Shown here: in pieces, positions 34,901 to 48,569 of the stretch
Numbering within the stretch: the first letter of the stretch is position 1
Layout: each line of letters opens with the position of its first letter
The notes under the pieces: model-generated
Told to the model about the DNA's origin: nothing
Seen by the model: only the letters and a program-made list of their open reading frames with translations
Database searches by the model: none
Program-made: the position numbers and the translations under genes
Source of the DNA: Oopsacas minuta
Taxonomy: Eukaryota; Animalia; Porifera
DNA length: 64,000 nucleotides
Assembly (NCBI GenBank): GCA_024704765.1
Contig: JAKMXF010000313.1
Span: forward strand, 124,001-188,000
Direction: 5' to 3'

Positions 34901-37900
34901 TCAATTATTTTGAATGAATATTGGAAAATATATTCGCTTTAGCCCTGAAATTTAAAGATTTTAAAATAATTAATTTAATTGTATATTATTTAAATTTGGT
35001 CCCCCACACTAGGTCCGGTAGGACCATAAATTGCGCCATGGATGGTCATTCTGCAATAAAATGTACCCCTTGATAATTTTAATAATTCATTAAGAAGTGT
35101 TGGACTAAATCTACCATGTGGATGTGGAACTTGCCCTGGTTGCTAAATGGGATATTCTCCCGAATATTTACTAATAAATCTTGATATTGTAGTAAATGTG
35201 GAATTTCCTATTTTTATAGAATATAAGAGGTGGGACCATCCATGGCTCCCATATATGATCCGGTCGGACCGAATAGTGAGGCAGGACCGTCAATTTGGAA
35301 GATTAATTATAGACTTAAAGTTCGAGTTCATTGCAATTCGACTAGCACTCGTAATTAGTAAAATCGAATCGATTGTAAATCAGCTTACGCTAATATAACA
35401 AAACATACAAACATACAAACTGATAGACTAACAACTCATGAGATTTCTCTCTTCTAGTTCCTGCCAAGAAATCTATTGCCCCGAGTCCTATTTCTAACCT
35501 TCCTCCGCACATCTCCTTGCCTATTTTCAGCCCAGTTGAGTAAGTTATATGTTTAGACTAATCCGTATATAATCGCTATGTTTATTCCATTATGAGCATT
35601 TCTACAATTCTAATTTATTCGATTGTTTTCGTTTGTTGCACACATACACACGTATCCTTATATATACGTACTTTATTTGATTTACTTTTGTGAAATCACA
35701 GTTTGGTGCTTATATTTTCAGCCTAAGTTTGCAAAATATAGCTTAGATCAAGTTTAATTACTATTTGACGAGCTTACGTTTAATACACACACATTCTAAT
35801 CTCAGCCAGTATTATATCACGTTTCAGTGTAATCTCTTTGAATCGCGATCAGTTTATATATCTTGAATATTAATTTGATTTTTTATTGACTGTATTAAAT
35901 GCTTACGAACGAATATTCGAATATTCGAATATTCTATCAGCCCTACAACTATAATTACGTAATTACTACAGTAGAACCTCGTTAATACGAACAAGGGTAA
36001 GGCATACTTTATTATAAGAAATTAACAGCTCCATGAAATAAATGCGAATTGAAGTAGTTCTCATTTATTTCCTTGAGTGTTACTAATTTTCAATGGCGAT
36101 AATTTACATGAGCGTTAATTTCATGAATTTACTAATATCCTTTCCCTCATTCTGGTAATTCAATGCATCGAAAATGTTTTGCTCCAATTCACATTAATTT
36201 CATTGAGAGATAATTTCCTATAATATGGTGATTATTGGGTACAGTTTTTCTTCCTTATGACTCTTACTTACTTATATTGACAATACTCCCGGTAATACCT
36301 GATCCAGATAAGGAGTTCAAATTTGACGGGACTGTATTAAAATGAAAGGGACTAAATTTTGAGTTTGTTGAAGTAGCACGTGTTTTCGGGTACGTCTTAT
36401 ACGAGCTCTAATGTATGCTGATTTCGCTACCTTGTGAATGAATGAGCCAATGAGAACCTAACTCCAGTTTTATTCTGCCTGTGTGAGGCGAATTTTGGTG
36501 ACATTATCTAGTAATTTGTTTATCGCGTTAAATAACTGAAAATAAGTACAGTAGAACCCCTTCACTACGTACTCTATGGACCTAATCGGATAAGACCCTA
36601 GACGTACACTCGAATAATACTTATTAATTTCCGTGGGGGTCGGTATTATCCGAATTCTACTGTGTAGCTGTCATGGAGAGCAATAATGGTATTGAAAATA
36701 CCTTTCATTAGTTAACGATCGAAACCACAGTATTTTACCGAAACGGTATTTCGGTATTTCGGCCACTATTTACATGACAATAAATATGATTAAATTTTCA
36801 TCATCATAGTTGTCCTACCATTATATTATTAATCAAGTTCAAGTTTGCTTTCCTGAATTTTAGAGTCTCAAGGTGTTACTACTACATGACTAAATTATAA
36901 TTAGCAAATAGCAAATTTCTTATCAACGGCATTGATCGAAAAGAGAAGAAATACTACTAAACACATATTGATAATTAAGAATACGAGTATGTATGATATT
37001 ATAGTTTATAAGTAGGATACAGAGGCTAATATTTGTACAATTGCATTGCATATCCCAATTGAAAGACTATATAGATTGTGTATGTTCAATCCTAATTTAC
37101 ACTTCTGAAAAGTATTCTTTTCTTACTCAGAATTATTACTATATTAACATGATTTCGGTTACACCACCGATACCTAAATTCTGCCGAAACCCAAACCGAA
37201 ATTCGGTCAGTAACTACAATTCATCAATAATATCAGCATTTAGTCTTGGGCTAGCCTAGATGGGCCCGAATGGCCCTAACCCCACTACTTTAATTATTTA
37301 AAAATTTCATAAACTATGCATGTTATTACCACTGTTTTATAACTAAGATATCATAAACGAATATATCTAACCACTCCAGTATGTTTAGTATAATGCCATA
37401 TATAATAAATTACCAATTGGTACTCCCTTAGTCCATTGCTTATGGACCAAGGGCGACATTATATTCAATTCCCATTCCCACGGCAATCCTGAATTGATAG
37501 TTGACACAGCTTGGTATTGTATTTGACCTGAAATATTCACAGATCCAGTGGTCCTAAATCAGGCCGAGGGTGGTGATTCGCGGTATCTACACGAGGGTCA
37601 GGGGGCCTACGCCCCATGATATCTTGGAATCAACGCAAAGAAATAGCACAGAGCTACACTACCAGTCTGTTGGCTGGAAATTTTTTGATACATTCAATAG
37701 TCCACTGGTAGATATTGTCCAATTTATGATTCACAGCCTGGCTTATTTTCTTTCAATTGTGTCTAATTATTAGATTTTTTGAAATTTATAAATGCTCATT
37801 TGCAAACTTTATTTATAACGATAGAGAACATAAAATGTTTGTCCTGGCAGGATAAATAATTGAGACGGGTGGGATATATATTTCATACATATGAACTAAA

Positions 37901-40900
37901 GTTCCAAATTCGCATATACAGGTTAAAACGATATTTACCGAGAGTAGCTTTTTATCAAAGTATTATATTCAAACTTAAGGTTAATACATCAATATTTTTC
38001 ATATATGCGCTATTATTCCTTTCTTAGAAATGAGAATCAGAATATTCAAAAGCTTTTGGAAGATTCTCGAACTCCAGAATCAGGTATTCGATACATGTTT
38101 TTTGTTTATTATTCCATCATTGATTTCTTTGATACTCAAGTATCTGAATCGTATAGAACAAAGGGGTCGATATCTTTAATCAAGTTTTATAGAATTATAT
38201 TTACTTTCTTGATAAACACAATAAATACATAGTTATCGAGATTGCGAAATTCGAATTTTTAATAGGATACCAAAAACCCTTTTCTTGACAACTAACAAAC
38301 TAACAACAATTGAGATTTAGATTAACTAATGTAATGTTAGATCAAAAATATTCTGTGGAGGCGGAGAGGTTATTCTGAGATCTAAATACTGAAGCTTTCA
38401 GGATTTGAAACAACATATTCACACAATATCTTCTTATTTTAATTATATTAAGAGTTTTCTTGTGCATTGCTAGGTCCTACTATTGGGAGTCTGCCTGAAC
38501 TTTTATCCCCCTCTATTATTGACGTCAGATTCTTACGGCAGAATAACAGACCTTCTTCAGAGCAAAGCTATTATACACCCTCAAGGTATAAATCTATTAT
38601 TATTCTTAGAGTCTAAGGATCTATTTTTGCCTTAGTATGTGCAGAATACATTGAAGGAATTGATAAAGCTCTAAGTCTGATTAGTTCAATTTATCAGACG
38701 TTTATTATTCTAAAATGAGGTTAATAAATTGGACTTCTTATTTTCTGCCTCAGGGACCTATCCATAGCCCATAGGCTCCTATTGTTTTGTGAATATAATC
38801 AAACCTGGGGATAGAAATCTATTGACCATATTACATATGAATGTATAGTAATCAGCGTTAAAATTCTTGTACCTTTTTATTTATTTAGTTCCTATTCAAA
38901 CTCTGTTTGTTCTAACAAATTTTCTGAAATACCTCTTCCAAAGAAATCTCTATCTGGAAACTACCTTAGAGCTGGCACTTTCACAAACTCTGTTAGTGAT
39001 GATCGTCACCCCCTGGAAACTAACAGTTTATCTGATTGTGTTATAAAACATATGTTGGAAAGTTTCTTACCCTCACCAGAGTCTCTACTCACCTTCAGAT
39101 TGTCGATGGTTAAGGAATTGGTGCAGAGACAGGCTTCACAGAATAATATCGCCAAGGAATTCTTTGTTATGCTACACACCCTTAAGAGTAAGTAAATATT
39201 ACTAAGTATTCACTCATAGGCTAGCCTACCTATTGAATAGTCAGTACCTGGAAAGGGGCAATAGCCAATATTATGAACTCAATTGATATTATCGTTTTTG
39301 CCAAGATCTGATAGTTGGTTTTGAAACCTTGTTTTAGGATATTAACATTCGATGAAATTACCACTAATTGGAGCATTTTTTGTCTTGTAAGCTTTGAATA
39401 AATTCTTTATTCTTAATTCTATATAAATTAATCAGATGTTTTGTCTTTTGTCTTCAGATTTTCATGTTTTTTTGTCTCTTGAGGATTTAAACAATTGATA
39501 ATGTGATCGAAATATTTTGTCCCATAGTGAATATTAATGATTTGTCGAAAGTACTGGAATATTACTTAACATATTTTCCTGAATAACCGCCCGGGCGCTT
39601 ATTCGGCTGCAGGTCAAAATGACCACAACCAAAATGGTCACAACCTGGCTGGAGCCTGAGAGCTGGCAAGAATTTTCCTTGACGTCTCTACCTTGTTGCT
39701 GAGAGTCTTTCTAACTCACTAAGGATGTTATGGAATATCAATTTCTTGGATTATCTAACTAGATTGGCATTAGCGGAGAATATGAGCATTTTAGTACACT
39801 AGTTGGATAGCAGTGATGACTTTTCATTGCATTAGCTTTTGGATCTGGAGCCTGGGAGTTGACCAGAACTTTCTTTGACGTCTCTACGTGTTTCTGAGAA
39901 TTTTTATCGCATCTAAGATATAATTTCGGTGTCTTGGTTTGTGGCCGTTCGGTTGTGGCCGTTTGAACTTGAGAACGCTTATTTTTTTGTGGGCATTTTT
40001 TCGTCCTAATATTTTTTCAATTTTGAAAATACAAAAGATTTTGGGAAACTAATCCTCTATATTTGTAGCATGGTCAAATGTGGCGTAAATTTCAACAAAA
40101 TATTCTTCTAGAGGGTGGCTTCTGGGCATAAATATAATTATTTAACTACACTTGTCGTAAAATGTGGATTGCACAGCCTGAAACTAAAGAATAAGCCATA
40201 AATTTGGAAAAAATATAAATATCATCCTTCCGGATGTGGGGCATAATTTGGGACGGGCGGGGATTATAAACAAGTATGTTTACTTTACATGGCCTAATCG
40301 TCTCATTTTGTTTTGAATTTCAAGTGGAATTTTAAATATGTTATACACGAAAGGTACCTGAGATTCGAATAAAACATTATTTGTTTTCTGAGCAGTGGTC
40401 AGGAACTGGACTCGGGCCTGCAGATCCTGGGGCAGAACTTGACAGTGGTCATTCATGTGAAGTTTCAATAATCCTTATGAGACTCCGTCAAAATTCCGTT
40501 ATTGGTGGAATTTTAGTCCAGAAATTGAAATGGGCCTAAAATTAGTGGCGGAGCCAGATTATTAACTTTGAGTCACACAGTGGTCGCGCGACCCATGCTG
40601 CAAATCGAAATTATTGAAGAGGATATCCTCAACAAGTTTGTAGAAAATGTAGAGGGATTATACTTGTATTGGCTAAACCGGGAACGTGGCAAAATACTAT
40701 TAAATTTTTAGAGGAATTTCTACACATTTGAATTTTTTGTTTTGAAATAGGAAAACATTTTCCAAAATTATTTCTTACCCCTGTGACTCCGCTGACGCGC
40801 CATTGCCTAAAATACCCTTTACTCCAGACATCATCCCTCTTCAGGATTTTGATTAAAACTTCTCAGATCTATCATATTCTATCCTTCTGTGTACCATATC

Positions 40901-43900
40901 CACAATTGTCGAATAGCCAGTTTGTACTCTTAATAGTTCCTCGAAGAATTCGTACAAATAATTACCGACAATACACAAACAACAAACAAACGAAAGAACA
41001 TCAAGTTTCAATATAATGTATTTTCTTTATTGCGAGGCTATGCATAATGTTACTATTCAATAGCATGTTTCTATCTTAGAAGATGCCAGTCCATCAACCC
41101 TTCTGATTATCGATAATATATTCCGGGATTTTCGAATCGACAGCATTTTTGACTTCTACACTAACTACAACGTTGGAAATGGAATGAGAGTGAATATTGA
41201 CTTTGCTATAGACACTAGCAAGGACTGTCTATTTATTCGGGACCCCTCTTCTTCCAGGGTAGAACTCATTTCATTAGACACAACTGGACTAGGGAATTTC
41301 AACATCAAGGTTAGTGTCATTACAGCTGTGCTTTAATTTAAATATTTTTGTTCCTTTTTAAAATTTAACTTATTCGCTCCAGATAGCTCTGCTTAATCCA
41401 GAACAAGGCCAATTTTACGATCCCGCAACTGAAAGAGTTAATAACGAGAAGTTGCTGAGATATCTCAGCAAATATGATCCAGCTTATCAGATTCTATACC
41501 ACACTTATATTCTACAGGTATTGTAGTGTACAGTCAACATCGGTAACTCGAATGCCCGTCACATTGAACATTCATTATCTTGAACGAATATTCACTTCAG
41601 CAAATTTGGCACAAAGTTGCACTAGGGTGTGCTTGAACCTTTTAGGAGTGGAGCACTTCATGAAAGGTCAGGGGTGTGATGCACACTCAGTTTAATGTGT
41701 CACTTTTAGACTGCATATAACTCGTTCAGTTTGAAATCACCTCGTTGAGTGGTTACACATTTACAAAGCAATTTATTTTGTAATTTATTGCTCATTCTGA
41801 ATTTTGATTTCCTTCCTAACTAGTATGTATACCACCATGTTCTAACTCGATTTAGAGTTTATTATTTATTAACATAATCAAATTTAAATCTAAAATATGA
41901 TGGTACTAGGTTGCCAGACTTCCGTGTTTGAAGGGTTTATCCAGGAATCTCTGGGCAGGCACTTTTTCTTGCAGGGACTCTCCTGGAATGGCACTTATCA
42001 ACGAAAACAGTCCAGAAATTAATTCGAATTGATCCTGTACTAATTTGAGTCTCACGGTCGCACTTTATGTCCTTCATGGCTGCTGAACTGGCACTTTTAG
42101 GTTCCCTCAAGTAAACTATATGAATCCCTGCCCTAGACGTATCAATATTATAGAAAATTCCCCAATCATGACCTAGAACTGATTGTAATAATGACGGAGT
42201 ATTGTTTTATAGTCTGGCATTTGGAATATATTGAGGTGATTATATTAGCGGTAAGTGGAGGGCATTCCCCATTCAAGTTAAACGTTGCATTTTCTTATAA
42301 ACCCTGGTGAAAACAGCGTCAGGATAAGATATGTATCCCGTATTCGATCCTCTACCCCCAAAAATACACCATTGATTATCTAAACGAATTTTTGTCCAAG
42401 TTTAGGATGAAAATCTGGCAACACTAGAAGGTTAGATAGAAAGGAATAATAATTCAGAATGAGCAATAAATTACAGATAAATTACATTGTAATTGCGTAA
42501 TAGTAACTGCAACAATGGATGAGGCGCATACATTAGTCCAAATTTTAGTGATCGAATGCATGCATTCACGGGGAAATTTCGTCGCGAGGAAATATAGTCA
42601 TTTACCTTGGTTGTTTTGAATCTAAATGCTCTCAGTAACTCACAGCCTGCTCCAGATCCAACTCAAATCCAATCAAACACCACACCAGTTATCCAAATAG
42701 TCTACTGAAATGCTCATATTCTCTCGACTGTTAATTCTTATGTGATGATTCCAAATTCTAATTGGGGATAGTGGCGTTGGCGTTCTTCTAGTCATATCTT
42801 CTAATCATAAATTATCGCGACCAATATTCCTCGCGACCATCTTTCCGTCAACGGCCCCCTATTAAGGCATGATTATATTTCTCATTATAATGAACACGAA
42901 TTATTTATGGAATATAAGATTGGATAATATCGACGAGCAAAGGAGGTAAAACTAACGCAAACATCACAAAAAATTTGGACTAATGCCGATTTTGATATTT
43001 GGACTACCGCAAATATATGAAATTTGGGCTAATGTATAAATACGAATTTGGACTAACGACGCGACCCCCAATGGATGAGTGTGAAGTCGGCAGAGAAACT
43101 AATCGAGCGCACTTTAACAAGTCATAATTATGCAGCTACTGCACGTAGAGAAGTACCATTTGGAATACATCAATACTAGCCTAGGAGGTTTCTGTCATTT
43201 ATATCAACTCATTCTAACACCCCAGTGTGTAACGGTGACGTTTCAAAAATTGGCAAATTCGTATTCACCATACTAAGTTAAAGGCCACTATGTTGCTCTG
43301 ATAGAGGAATTTCCCTATGTTATTCACTGAAAACTCCGTTAGTGAAACTTTTGATTAGTGAACACTATTCTTTGGCCTCAAGTTTATCCTTAGCATTTAT
43401 TTGAACCTCTAGTTTGTGACCTCAATATATTGCAATTATCTTTAACATGTCTCACTGATAGAATTTAATACACAATTTGATGGCAGATATCCCCCATCAG
43501 AGAATGGCTCCGCCGCTTCCAGGCCTTCTTATGAGGATTCCTGGATCCGCTACTCGCTAGTAGACTACGTATAAGTTTTGTTTCAACTTTGACTAACATA
43601 TCATAAGCTATTATGTGTCATGGTGCGTATAGTACCTGTAGTACATACCCGCCATTACATCTAAAGCAACTAGCATGCATAGCTAGTAGAAGATATAAAC
43701 CTGAGATTTGGGGAATCTACTTAAGTATTTTGATATTGAGGGTAAATGTAAGCGAAGCAAGCCGAAAATTTACTGATAGCAATTTGAAATAGTAATGGTT
43801 ATAAACTTTTCTTGTTTTGAGATAATATGTCGGCACGAAACGTAGTGTAGGACTAGTGTCCGATTTTTCTCATGGACTCTGTCACTATCATTCATGTACT

Positions 43901-46900
43901 TAATTATCCTGGCGAGTGGGATATATCCCCCTACTCCCTGGATCCGCTACTGCATTTGCTTAGGTCACGCTAATATTGAATATAGGAGTTATGTTCTTGC
44001 TCCTTGACGTCTACAAAAGAGAATAGACATTGTTAGTTGATTTCTAACATGATTACATGGGTAGGGATGGTGAAAATGCTGTTAACAGCTACAAATTTCC
44101 AAATAATTAATAGTTAGAGTTGATTTGAGATTTCAAATCTAATCTTTGCTGTTAACAGATGACTGTGAAGTTTCCATTAATAACAACGTCACCGTTACTC
44201 ACTAAGGTGTTAGAATGAGTTGATATAAATGACAGAAACCTCCTAGGCCAGTATTGATGTATTCCAAATGGCATCTCTCTACGTGTGCTGGTTGCATAAT
44301 TATGACTTGTTAAAGTGTGCTTGATTTGTTTCGCTGCCAATTTCACACGCCTAAATAATAGCAAGTCATATCAAGGAAGTAGTAGAACTGTCATAGGTAG
44401 TTGTTCTGTCATACAACAGGACAAAATTTAGGATGGAATGTTCGGGTTCGATGTTGATCATTTCTAACTTAGAACTTTGTGAAGTACAGTCATATCATTC
44501 TAATTGCTCAAATTATTTATGTAAAATGAACGAAGATTATATCTATAACAGAATTATAAACTCCTCATACCCTGCTAGGGTTCGGAACTATCCGACAATG
44601 AAAGTAATACTTTTCCCAGTTTGTTATTAGACTCACTTTATGCCTGTATTGGATGAATACTATGCTAATATACGAATTGATTTTGAAGGATAACTGAAAT
44701 ATAAGAATGACTAATATTCATTTGCTAAACTAATGTATTATATTTAACCTAATCTAACTTCTTGAAGTAGCTTTTCAGGAAACATGATGTATCTATTATA
44801 TCGTCACCTAGCTGGGATCGTATCTTGGTGATAAATAGACCTGCAGCAGAAAATGCTCTTTCAGATTCTACGCTTGTTGGAGGTATTGAATCTAAGGCAT
44901 TTAGGAGTATATTGAGGTGTTAGACTACGATTTACAAATGATATATGGATGCCAAATTATCCGGATATTCGACCAAATATTATCCGGATACCGGATAGTT
45001 GCAGTAGATTTACTATCCGGATTCCAAACTCTATACCCTGCCCCAGACAAGAGTATTCAGCTAATTCAAAAATATCCATACAGATAATACTATAATGGGT
45101 TTATTCTTGATGGTCAATACAATAAAACATTATGATTAAGAGTGTGTCTAGCGTTAAAATCGCTATCCAAGTATTCGGATGGCACAGTTCCTAAGATTTC
45201 TATGAAATACTCACTAATATAGTTGAACACTTTCAACCCTGTGTCACTTAGTGAAACCTATCACCATATGTATATGGCTGTAAATGGTATAAAGTGAGAC
45301 AAAGTGTCATGAGTTGAAAATATTCAACATTATCAATTAGTATTTAAACCGGAAGTCTATCTACTGAGGTTTTCAAATAGTCAGAATGCAAATTTGACAT
45401 GGGATACACTCTAAAATCTAAATCTTACAGTTTTACTGTATTGGCCCCTCGATTAGTACTTTTGCATGGAAATTTTAGCAATGAGCAGATCCGAAATTCT
45501 TTGAGGTCTTAATGTCACTAACATTAATAATATTAAATTTTATCTGAATTCTTAATTGGACCTCAATCCTGGTAACTTAAAATCCTTTAAATTGACATTT
45601 TAATGTTACTAGCGCGCTTCGCTTGCAAGGTTGCTTCACGACGTGAGGCGCCTACACAACTACCTCTTCAAATCCAGAAAAACCCCAAGGGGTCAAATTG
45701 TATAATGGAGTCGAGAACTACTGGTCTAGAGGGCTTTCAGTTATTATCTACACTTAGGAATATACAGTGGCATACCTAGGATTTTGTAACTGGGGAGGCA
45801 AAGGGAGGGCCAAGACAAACTCCAGGGATCTTACATTTGACCCAAGAATGCTGAAACAACACACGAACATTACCTTTGGTTTCTCAGATTAAATTTCTTA
45901 CAAGTTTATAAACTAAACCAACTTATGGTATACCTATTATAATAATCAAATACTACAATTTGTAAAATAATTATTGGCTATACATATTAACTAAAAAATC
46001 TCTGGTTAAAGGACATATACATTGAAATTATTTGGGAATGGGGGGTGGGGGTTATCAGGAGATCTTCCGACCCAACCTCCCCACTCATAGAGGTTCTACT
46101 GTATTTGGTCGGGGGCGGACCAAAACAACACTGGCCAAACATTTCGTGACATAGCTTTTAACAAACATATGCAACTAGGGAGTAATAATTCTTCTTTAAG
46201 AAATAGCAAATCTTACAATCTTAAAAAACTGGGTATATACACTTCGGGTTGGGTTGGGTTTTGAAAAGTGGACCCGATTCCAACTCTGATTCGAGTGACC
46301 ACTCAAACGACTTGAAATCTCTCACTCATTACGAATATCGACACCAAAATTCGATTCAAACTGAATATGTTTTCTGCATTTTGATGGTACTGTCAAAATG
46401 TATCCACAAGTGGCACATAAACCTGAGTGTGCATTATATCGCCTGGCCTTCGATGAAGTGGCTCCCTCTAAAATCTTAAGCACACCCTAGTCAACTTTGT
46501 ACCAAATTTGGTTCTTTTACTCGACTTGTTTCGATAATCGTCAAATTCGATACTAACAGTCGGGCTACTTTATGCACGTAGAGATAGACTACGTATTAAC
46601 TGATAATGTCTTTTTCAATCTAATTACTCTAAAAGAGTTTGTTGTATTTACTTTTATTCATTTTACTATTTCTTAAAGCCATCCCACATATACTGTGCAT
46701 CAATTGAGGATTATCTCCCATACCTCAACTACAAAGATAAGTTAAGTTTTCCGCTACCTGCGACTGTATTCTTCATCCTGACTCCCATCATAGAGACCTC
46801 TCTATACCAGTTCCTTCACCAAGAACCAAAAGACCAGGACTTTTCAGATTCCAGTCAGGATTTGATAATCTTATCTCTCCTATCCGACTGCCTACTCGCA

Positions 46901-48569
46901 CTTGAGCACCTCAAACAACTCGGAGTAGTACACAGGAATATTACTGCCCAGAATATTTTAGTCGATATGTAAGTATTGGTTATATGATTGCAAGAACTCT
47001 CGGAAATCTTTCGATTTATTTTCCCATCTTATATTATGTTTTAATTATTGCAATAACGAGGTGGCTTTGGGCTATGCTTAGGGATAATGATGGGGACTGC
47101 CTGGCCACCTAATAAGACTAAAAGGAAATGCCGACTATTCATATGAATAAATTTTGATGTTTATGCATTTCCTTTCACACTAGAAAACTCCAACGAGCTC
47201 TACTTTCCAACTTTTCAACTTGTATTGATTTGTTTAACATTAACGAAGAGCCTTACCTCCTTAAAGACATCAATAACAAGATTCCTCTATTTGGCGGTGT
47301 GTCAGAGGCTCCCGAACTCATTCACTTCTCCTCCCTCCCGCAGGACCAACTCTCAGATCTGGAGCTCAGCCTCGTGTACAGACATGTTGATACTTATTCT
47401 ATCGGACGCTCTTTCTATCACAATATTTTCAATAGAGATGCTAGATATTCTCCTTCACAGGTTGTTATCTATTTAACATATTGACCAATATAAGCTGTTT
47501 ATCTTATTTTCATAACCGTATCCTTGTAAGCAACACGTCTGTCCCGTACCACTTCTTACAACACACAACTCTCCACTTAGCACTTACTTTATAGGTTCAG
47601 TATATCGCAACTAGGTTTCTTAGTCTACGTAGGCAAAGATGACGTCATGCCAACCCGCCCTATACTTTTTATATTATGGGAGTCTAGATCCGGATCTGGG
47701 TGGGCACTGCAAAGACTACAACCAGTTTTTTGCGCGCCCTTGGACACTCTTGTTCCTGGTGATGTCGGCACTGCGTTCAAAAAACCGCACCAACTCTAGC
47801 CAAACCTTTGCGACATTATGACACTTTTCTACTTTACGAGCCTTTGGCTCGTCGCTTTGCGCCTCGAGGTATCCATTATTCTCCAATTTGACGGCCCCTT
47901 TGAGTATTATAATATAGATATATTAAAAACAACAAATTTACTACATATGATTAATCCAAGTGTAAAAATCTGATTCAGCATGTTCGATATATTTAGTTAA
48001 GTTTTATTGAATTATGTTAACTTTGTTGATAATAAACACGATAAATAAGTAGTTATGCAACATTTCAGAATTGAGAAATTCGAATTCAATATTGCATTCC
48101 ATAAATCCTTTCCTAGACAACGGACAAATAGACAGACAGACAATAACAGCAATTATATAAGACAGATTTAGTACTACGTAGTACAATTTTGACTGTTATG
48201 GACCTGTCTTTAGAATGGTAAACACTAATACATCTATTTCCCCTTCCTCTATAGGAATATTACGAAGATGATATTATCACTCCTCATAACTCTGGTACTA
48301 CACGAGAGTTCTTACAGAAAATCCTGCTAAATCTAATATCTAACTCCCCTCAAGCACGTATGGAGCCCCTCCCTGCTGCTAGGTCGATAATCTGTCTCCT
48401 TTCTTTGGAAGAATACCTTCTTAGAGAACCCACCGACCTCTTACTCACCTCTCTTCTTGCAGCACACCTCACCGACAATCGCTCCCTCTCTCTCGCTTCG
48501 TTGTACTTCTACATACTGTGTGGTAAAGAGGAAGTAAATCAAGCTCAAGAATACTACTTCAAAAAATGA
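31728..48569 (+). CDS. Multi-exon ankyrin-repeat + pseudokinase (PEAK1/Pragmin/PINK1-like) gene
   Basis: Phase-consistent GT-AG model: 31728-31934, 33486-33798, 35458-35539, 38028-38083, 38474-38585, 38889-39187, 41080-41309, 41383-41517, 44771-44916 (or -44882), [tentative 45431-45505, 45888-45927], 46679-46968, 47184-47460, 48255-48569. All exons are stop-free in the joined frame. Confidence 0.75.
31947..32305 (+). mobile_element. Helitron-like copy in intron 1
   Basis: TCTATATTATTAAA...TGTCCGTTGTCTAGGAAAGGATTT...GCGAAGCGACTCTT. Begins 12 nt after the splice donor position. Confidence 0.7.
32746..32894. mobile_element. hAT MITE, 149 bp
   Basis: 8-bp TSD CTTTGAGT (32738-32745 and 32895-32902). 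Imperfect TIRs CAAGGGCGGCGGAAG / CAGTAGCGCGGAAG. Confidence 0.8.
33486..33798 (+). CDS. Ankyrin-pseudokinase gene, exon 2 (about 3 ankyrin repeats)
   Basis: Acceptor ATTAG. SNADAN...YPIHGASSHGHDNVLNLLL...QDSNGDTALHLACCRGNEECVNILLDAG...KNNLDKTPAMEAA. Donor AG|GTATAT. Confidence 0.92.
34360..34822 (+). mobile_element. Full-length non-autonomous Helitron-like copy (463 bp)
   Basis: A|TCTATATTATTCAATCTCAATTG...GCGAAGCGACGGGCCAAATACTCG|T. Inserted between A and T with no TSD. Confidence 0.82.
36549..36662. mobile_element. Small CAGTAGAA...TTCTACTG MITE
   Basis: 8-bp perfect TIR, TA/TG flanks. Same family as 382-878. Confidence 0.5.
38170..38330 (-). mobile_element. 5' fragment of Helitron-like family
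   Basis: Reverse complement of AATCTCAATTGTTG...GTTGTCAAG...TAACTATGTATTTAT.GTGTTTATCAAG. Confidence 0.6.
38889..39187 (+). CDS. Ankyrin-pseudokinase gene, internal exon
   Basis: TTATTTAG acceptor, 99 stop-free codons, GTAAGT donor. Phases 2 to 1 match the neighbouring exons. Confidence 0.75.
40159..40297. repeat. Dispersed repeat end (PIF/Harbinger-like); partner at 51743-51877
   Basis: Shared AAATGTGGATTGCACAG...GGGCGGGGAT...AAACAAGTAT..TACTTTACATGGCC(T)TA. Confidence 0.6.
41080..41517 (+). CDS. Ankyrin-pseudokinase gene, two exons (41080-41309, 41383-41517) separated by a 73-nt intron
   Basis: TCTTAG|...AAG|GTTAGT and CTCCAG|...CAG|GTATTG. Open in the joined frame. Confidence 0.75.
41907..42426. 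mobile_element. hAT-like MITE
   Basis: Ends TAGGTTGCCAGA / TCTGGCAACACTA. Flanks only partly duplicated (5/8). Confidence 0.5.
46288..46565 (+). repeat. Diverged copy of the family contained in the 12-14 kb inverted-repeat arms
   Basis: TTCGAGTGACCACTCAAACGAC...ATTACGAATATCGACACCAAAA...AAGTGGCACATAAA...ACTTTGTACCAAATTTGGT.CTTTTAC.CGAC matches 13530-13790. Confidence 0.75.
46679..46968 (+). CDS. Pseudokinase exon with catalytic loop (HRN)
   Basis: LLSDCLLALEHLKQLGVVHRNITAQNILVD, donor GTAAGT at 46969. Confidence 0.88.
47184..47460 (+). CDS. Pseudokinase exon (NFS, APE, subdomain IX)
   Basis: ALLSNFSTC...GGVSEAPEL...VDTYSIGRSF. Acceptor CACTAG, phase 2 to 0. Confidence 0.88.
47836..48162 (-). 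mobile_element. Helitron-like copy in the last intron
   Basis: Reverse complement of the family: 3' end GCGACGAGCCAAAGGCTCGT at ~47836-47856, microsatellite-containing 5' end at ~48120-48162. Confidence 0.75.
48255..48569 (+). CDS. Terminal exon of the pseudokinase gene
   Basis: CTATAG| EYYEDDIITP...LLNLISNSPQARMEPLPAARSIICLL...KK*. Resembles the kinase subdomain XI/C-terminal helices of Pragmin/PINK1-type proteins. Confidence 0.85.
   Translation, partial: EYYEDDIITPHNSGTTREFLQKILLNLISNSPQARMEPLPAARSIICLLSLEEYLLREPTDLLLTSLLAAHLTDNRSLSLASLYFYILCGKEEVNQAQEYYFKK

Noticed and set aside
35925-35937. GAATATTC tandem palindromes (also ATCCGGAT runs at ~44955-45025 and GGATT runs at 22.4 and 32.4-32.6 kb)
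   Set aside because: Typical subterminal repeats of hAT-like MITEs; no independent evidence of another function.
42950-43075. Spaced TTGGACTAA repeats as a CRISPR-like array
   Set aside because: 9-bp units with short irregular spacers, no cas genes, eukaryotic context; an inverted relative at ~50205-50250 points to transposon subterminal repeats.
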